64,000 nt of DNA, from the NCBI GenBank assembly GCA_963677485.1, contig OY781964.1, forward strand, positions 256,001 to 320,000, in the 5' to 3' direction. A model generated the notes under the pieces. The model did not search any database and had not been told where the DNA came from. It saw nothing but the letters and a program-made list of their open reading frames with translations. The stretch is from Armatimonadota bacterium. GTDB taxonomy: Bacteria > Armatimonadota > HRBIN16. Below are positions 60,268-64,000 of the stretch, piece after piece. How positions within the stretch are numbered: the stretch's first letter is position 1; every line of letters starts with the position of its first letter. The translations under genes were made by a program, and so were the position numbers.

Positions 60268-60470
60268 TGTCTGAACCGCGGATGACGCGGATTTACAGGA
60301 TGGCGCGGATGGGGAGGGATGCCAATCGGGAGATTGGCGTTCCCAGGTAGGCCCACATATATTTGCGTGCCATGAATGGGGCGGGGAGACCCCGCCCCTA
60401 CGACTTTATGTGGCGACCGTAGGGGCGGGGTCTCCCCGCCCACACGCCCGCCCACACGCCCGGCCGCCCA
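60268..60470. repeat. Intergenic mosaic with REP doublet
   Basis: Third gccaatcgggagattggcgttcccagg copy (60321); gggcggggagaccccgcccctacg / cgtaggggcggggtctccccgccc inverted pair (60378-60441). Confidence 0.8.
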
Positions 60471-60488
60471 CATGCACCACCCCGCCGG

Positions 60489-60989
60489 TTACATTCTGGC
60501 GAGAAGCCACTTCTTGCTGATCTCGTCCATCTCTTTGAAGTTATGCACGTCGTAACGGGTGCCTTCAATGTCCACAATGGTAATGAAACCGGGCTTGGGC
60601 TGTTTCACGCTGTCGTTGAATCGGCGTACACGGAAGGTGACTGGCCCGCGGTTGGTCTCCACTTTCCACTCGGTGATGTCCACCCGCTCGCGCTTCGACA
60701 TATCGACGATACTGTGAATAGCGGTGATTCGCGGCGTGACGTATTGGGTATGCATCGCCTGCTTCAAAGCAGCCAGACTGTCCGCCTTCAACCCATCCAT
60801 ACTCTCCAGGAAAGCCACTTCCTTCTGCTCATGGTTGAGCAGCGAGATGAAATGATCTGGGTCGGAAAGCGGAAAGGACGAAGCCGGACTGACCGGCAGC
60901 CACTCCTCAGATTCCAACGGCAGGAACATCAGCCGGTCGTTCTCGAATTTCAACTGCACATCGGCAGGTTTCAGTGTCGGGTCATTCAT
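60489..60989 (-). CDS. DUF1854 domain protein
   Basis: FPLSDPDHFISL, PRITAI, WKVETNRG, DIEGTRY...MDEISKKWL. Confidence 0.8.
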   Translation of the reverse strand: MNDPTLKPADVQLKFENDRLMFLPLESEEWLPVSPASSFPLSDPDHFISLLNHEQKEVAFLESMDGLKADSLAALKQAMHTQYVTPRITAIHSIVDMSKRERVDITEWKVETNRGPVTFRVRRFNDSVKQPKPGFITIVDIEGTRYDVHNFKEMDEISKKWLLARM

Positions 60990-61044
60990 CGATTCGCCCC
61001 TCTCATCCCATCAGCCGCGGTTAATGGCATCGTGCAAGTCATCA

Positions 61045-63246
61045 TCACGCCACACCCCGCACACGTGAAATCTCCTGGTACATTTTCACCAGCTTGAAGA
61101 ACTCGCCCTCTTCATTTTCCTGCAGCTCAGCGTGGCTGCCCACTTCCACCACTTCGCCCTGCTTCAGCACAATCAGCCGGTCCGCGTTCTTCAAGGTACT
61201 CAGACGGTGTGCAATGGCGAATGTGGTCCGCCCCTTCACAAGCCGGTCGATCGCTTCTTGAATCTGCTTCTCGGTTTCGATGTCCACCTGGCTGGTGGCC
61301 TCGTCCAGAATCAGTATCTTCGGATCATGCAGCACGGCGCGGGCGATGGCGATACGCTGTTTCTCACCGCCGGACAGCCCCTGTCCACCCTCGCCAAGCA
61401 GTGTTTCGTAACCGTCAGGACGGCGGATGATGAACTCATGGGCGTTGGCCACCCTGGAGGCGTTCACAATCTCTTCCCGCGTGGCGTTGGGTTTGGCGTA
61501 GGTGATGTTGTCTGCAATGGTACCAGCGAACAGGAAGGTGTCCTGAGGCACCAGACCGATCTGCTTCCGTATTTCCTCAAGCTTCAGGTCCTTGATATCA
61601 ACGCCATCGATGGTGATGGAACCCTCTGTGCAGTCGTAGAACCGGCAGAGAAGGTTAATGATGGTGCTCTTGCCCGCTCCCGAGTGCCCCACCAGGCCGA
61701 TCATCTCACCTGGCTCTACCTTGAAGCTGACACCCTTCAACACAGCCCGGTGGGGCTCGTAGCCGAAGGTCACGTTGTTGAACTCCACGGTGCCCACGAT
61801 GTGCGGCAGCTCCTGCGGGTTGTCGGACTCCTTCACCTCAGGCTCAGTGTCCAGCACTTCGAAGATGCGCTCTGCGGCGGTCATGGCGCGGCTGCTCCAG
61901 TTCAACAACGAACTGAGTGAGCCCACCGGCTGGTAGAACATGGCCACGTAGGTGATGAACGCCATCAAGGTGCCGAGGCTCATCTTTTCATTCAGAACAT
62001 CCACGCCGCCGAAATACCACACCAGCATCGTGCCCATCATCATCAGCAGCGAGATGCCGCTGAACAAGAACGCCCAACTGCGGTCTACTGTCACCGCACT
62101 GGTGGCCACGTCGATACTCGCCTGATCAAACCGCTCGATGGCCCGCTTTTCCTGGGCGAAGGCCTTGACGATGCGCAAGCCGTTCAGACCCTCGGTGAGC
62201 ACATTATTGAGCGTGCTCCAGCGCCGCCACATGCGACGGAAGTTGACACGCATCCGCATCCAAATCGACTGGGCTAGCATCGTCACAATTGGTGTTGGGA
62301 TCACCACGATCAGTGCCAGTTTCCAGCTCATGGCAAACAGCATCGCGCCGATGCCCACCACTAGCAGCAGGTTGATCACAAGGTCCTGCGCGCCCCAGAT
62401 GAGGAACTGCTGCAGGTTGTTGGTGTCCTGGTTCACCCGCGAAATGACCGAGCCGATTTGCCGTTTGTCGAAAAAGCCCAGTGACAGGTATTGCAGGTGC
62501 TTGTAGAGTTTGGTGCGGATATCATGGGTGATACGGTTGCCCACCCAGGCGCTCAACCAGCTTTGGAATGCGCCGATCAACGCGCCAATAACCCGGACGC
62601 CAATCAGCGCCAAGGTCAACCAGAGCAGCATGCTGAGTCGGTCGACCTTGGCGATAGGGGTTTTCGGTGCCAGCACCTTATCCATCAACGGCTTTTGCAG
62701 GTAAGGCGGGATCAGCCCAATAATGGTTCCCAGCATCGCCATGCCGGTCAATCCCAACGCCTGCCACTTGATCGGCTTCATGAAGCCCACCAGCCGGTTG
62801 ATGGTCTGCATCCCTGGCCGGCAGAGCTGGCAGACCGATGTGCCGCGTTCCAACAGCAGACCGCATTTCGCACAATACTGGCGGTCGTCCTCCGGGGCCA
62901 GTGCCTCCTCGCCCTTTTGCCACTTTTCAAGCAGCCCAGCGATGGAAGCAAACCGCCCCACCTCGCGGGCGGTGTAGCGTACGAGCTCAATCATCACATC
63001 GGCTCGTTTGGCGATCAACCGACCGCCGCCCACCAGATTTTCGGACTTGAACTCGGTCAGCTCTGCGAATGGAATCTCCAATCGCAAAACGGAGCGGCTG
63101 AGTTCACGGGAGTAAACCAGTAGCTGTTCATCAGTGACAATTAAGAACTCTTCACCCAGCTCTCCAGTGGAGAGCATATCGGTTATTGTGACTAACCGAG
63201 GTGCGCTTGACAGTGAAATGTCATCGGGAAGCGGCGGCGTTACCAA
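61045..63246 (-). CDS. ABC exporter (TMD plus NBD) with N-terminal extension carrying a CxxC-x9-CxxC motif
   Basis: GHSGAGKS, LSGGEKQR, ILDEATS, AHRLST; YCAKCG...CQLC. Confidence 0.92.
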   Translation of the reverse strand: MVTPPLPDDISLSSAPRLVTITDMLSTGELGEEFLIVTDEQLLVYSRELSRSVLRLEIPFAELTEFKSENLVGGGRLIAKRADVMIELVRYTAREVGRFASIAGLLEKWQKGEEALAPEDDRQYCAKCGLLLERGTSVCQLCRPGMQTINRLVGFMKPIKWQALGLTGMAMLGTIIGLIPPYLQKPLMDKVLAPKTPIAKVDRLSMLLWLTLALIGVRVIGALIGAFQSWLSAWVGNRITHDIRTKLYKHLQYLSLGFFDKRQIGSVISRVNQDTNNLQQFLIWGAQDLVINLLLVVGIGAMLFAMSWKLALIVVIPTPIVTMLAQSIWMRMRVNFRRMWRRWSTLNNVLTEGLNGLRIVKAFAQEKRAIERFDQASIDVATSAVTVDRSWAFLFSGISLLMMMGTMLVWYFGGVDVLNEKMSLGTLMAFITYVAMFYQPVGSLSSLLNWSSRAMTAAERIFEVLDTEPEVKESDNPQELPHIVGTVEFNNVTFGYEPHRAVLKGVSFKVEPGEMIGLVGHSGAGKSTIINLLCRFYDCTEGSITIDGVDIKDLKLEEIRKQIGLVPQDTFLFAGTIADNITYAKPNATREEIVNASRVANAHEFIIRRPDGYETLLGEGGQGLSGGEKQRIAIARAVLHDPKILILDEATSQVDIETEKQIQEAIDRLVKGRTTFAIAHRLSTLKNADRLIVLKQGEVVEVGSHAELQENEEGEFFKLVKMYQEISRVRGVA

Positions 63247-63391
63247 AAACCTATACCTCGATAGTGTATATTACGGGTGTGTGTATATTATTCTACAGCA
63301 GATTTCAGACACAATCGCAAAGGAAATGGGACGATTTACCTATTCAAATCGCCCAGCTCTAATATCTGACAGGAAGGATCGTGATACAGCA

Positions 63392-64000
63392 ATGAGTAAC
63401 AAACCGAAGGTATGGCTGGCCGTACTCCCACTGGACGTGGTTCTAGGCCGTGATGACGAGTGGAAGTGGGTGCAAGAACACATCGATGGAGTAAAATTCT
63501 GGACACAGCAGGTGGATGACCCGGCCGAGACATGGCCGTTCCAAGGAAATGTCGCCACTCCCGATGCGTTCAAGCGGATCATCGAGATATTGAACAGGCA
63601 AAATATACCCCTTATCATCGAAAAAGGCTGCTGGCCGCAACGGAAATCCACTCCGGGTCTGGACCGAATGGGTGGAGAGGCCGGACCATATGATGCCACG
63701 CTCCCCAAGCGAGCAGCTGCGAACGAGCTGGCCCGGATTGAGCACGTGAAGTCACTGGGCGGCACCGTGAGCACACTCGATGTGGACGGTCCAGAGCGGC
63801 ACCTGATGTTCCCCGTGCTGGGCGGTATCGGCGTGACCAACTTCGAGGACGCTATCACGATGTTTGTGGAGTATATGCGGATCATCCACATGCAGCACCC
63901 GAAGATCGACTTCTATGCGCTGAGCAACTTCCCGAACTTCGGTTGGAAGGGCGGTCTGGCCTACTACGGCACGATGAACTGGGGCGACTACTACACTGCG
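63392..64000 (+). CDS. Hypothetical protein, 3'-truncated by the window edge (absent from the ORF track)
   Basis: ATG 63392 (MSNKPKVWLAVLP...) stays open for 203 codons to the end, with GC-rich third positions. Confidence 0.75.
   Translation, partial: MSNKPKVWLAVLPLDVVLGRDDEWKWVQEHIDGVKFWTQQVDDPAETWPFQGNVATPDAFKRIIEILNRQNIPLIIEKGCWPQRKSTPGLDRMGGEAGPYDATLPKRAAANELARIEHVKSLGGTVSTLDVDGPERHLMFPVLGGIGVTNFEDAITMFVEYMRIIHMQHPKIDFYALSNFPNFGWKGGLAYYGTMNWGDYYTA

Overview
Bacterial chromosomal window of roughly 55-60% GC. The gene content (dockerin-like C-terminal domain, SBP-permease fusion, MucB/RseB-like ECF cluster, futalosine pathway, CdaA/CdaR) suggests Armatimonadota, which is an inference only. 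Housekeeping genes (murA, mreB, argF, gatC, panD, folK, mqnA/UbiA-like, glycerate kinase, cdaA/cdaR, nfeD-stomatin, tRNA-Arg(TCG)) are interleaved with many carbohydrate-active genes. There are three candidate defence loci: an MmeI-like R-M fusion, a solitary SIR2 protein, and a DUF488-DUF488-dual-OB operon. Most intergenic spaces are mosaics of REP-like palindromes and 8-9-mer triplets. The least explained signals are (i) a non-coding tandem array of four-plus ~232-bp highly structured units (47735-48687) directly upstream of a small exported protein with three Zn-finger-like repeats resembling PHF5/Rds3, and (ii) a short eliminase-type glycyl radical enzyme coupled to a Zn-dehydrogenase, with no activase in the window. 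No CRISPR array, integrase or transposase was found. All family calls come from motif recognition by eye, not from database searches.
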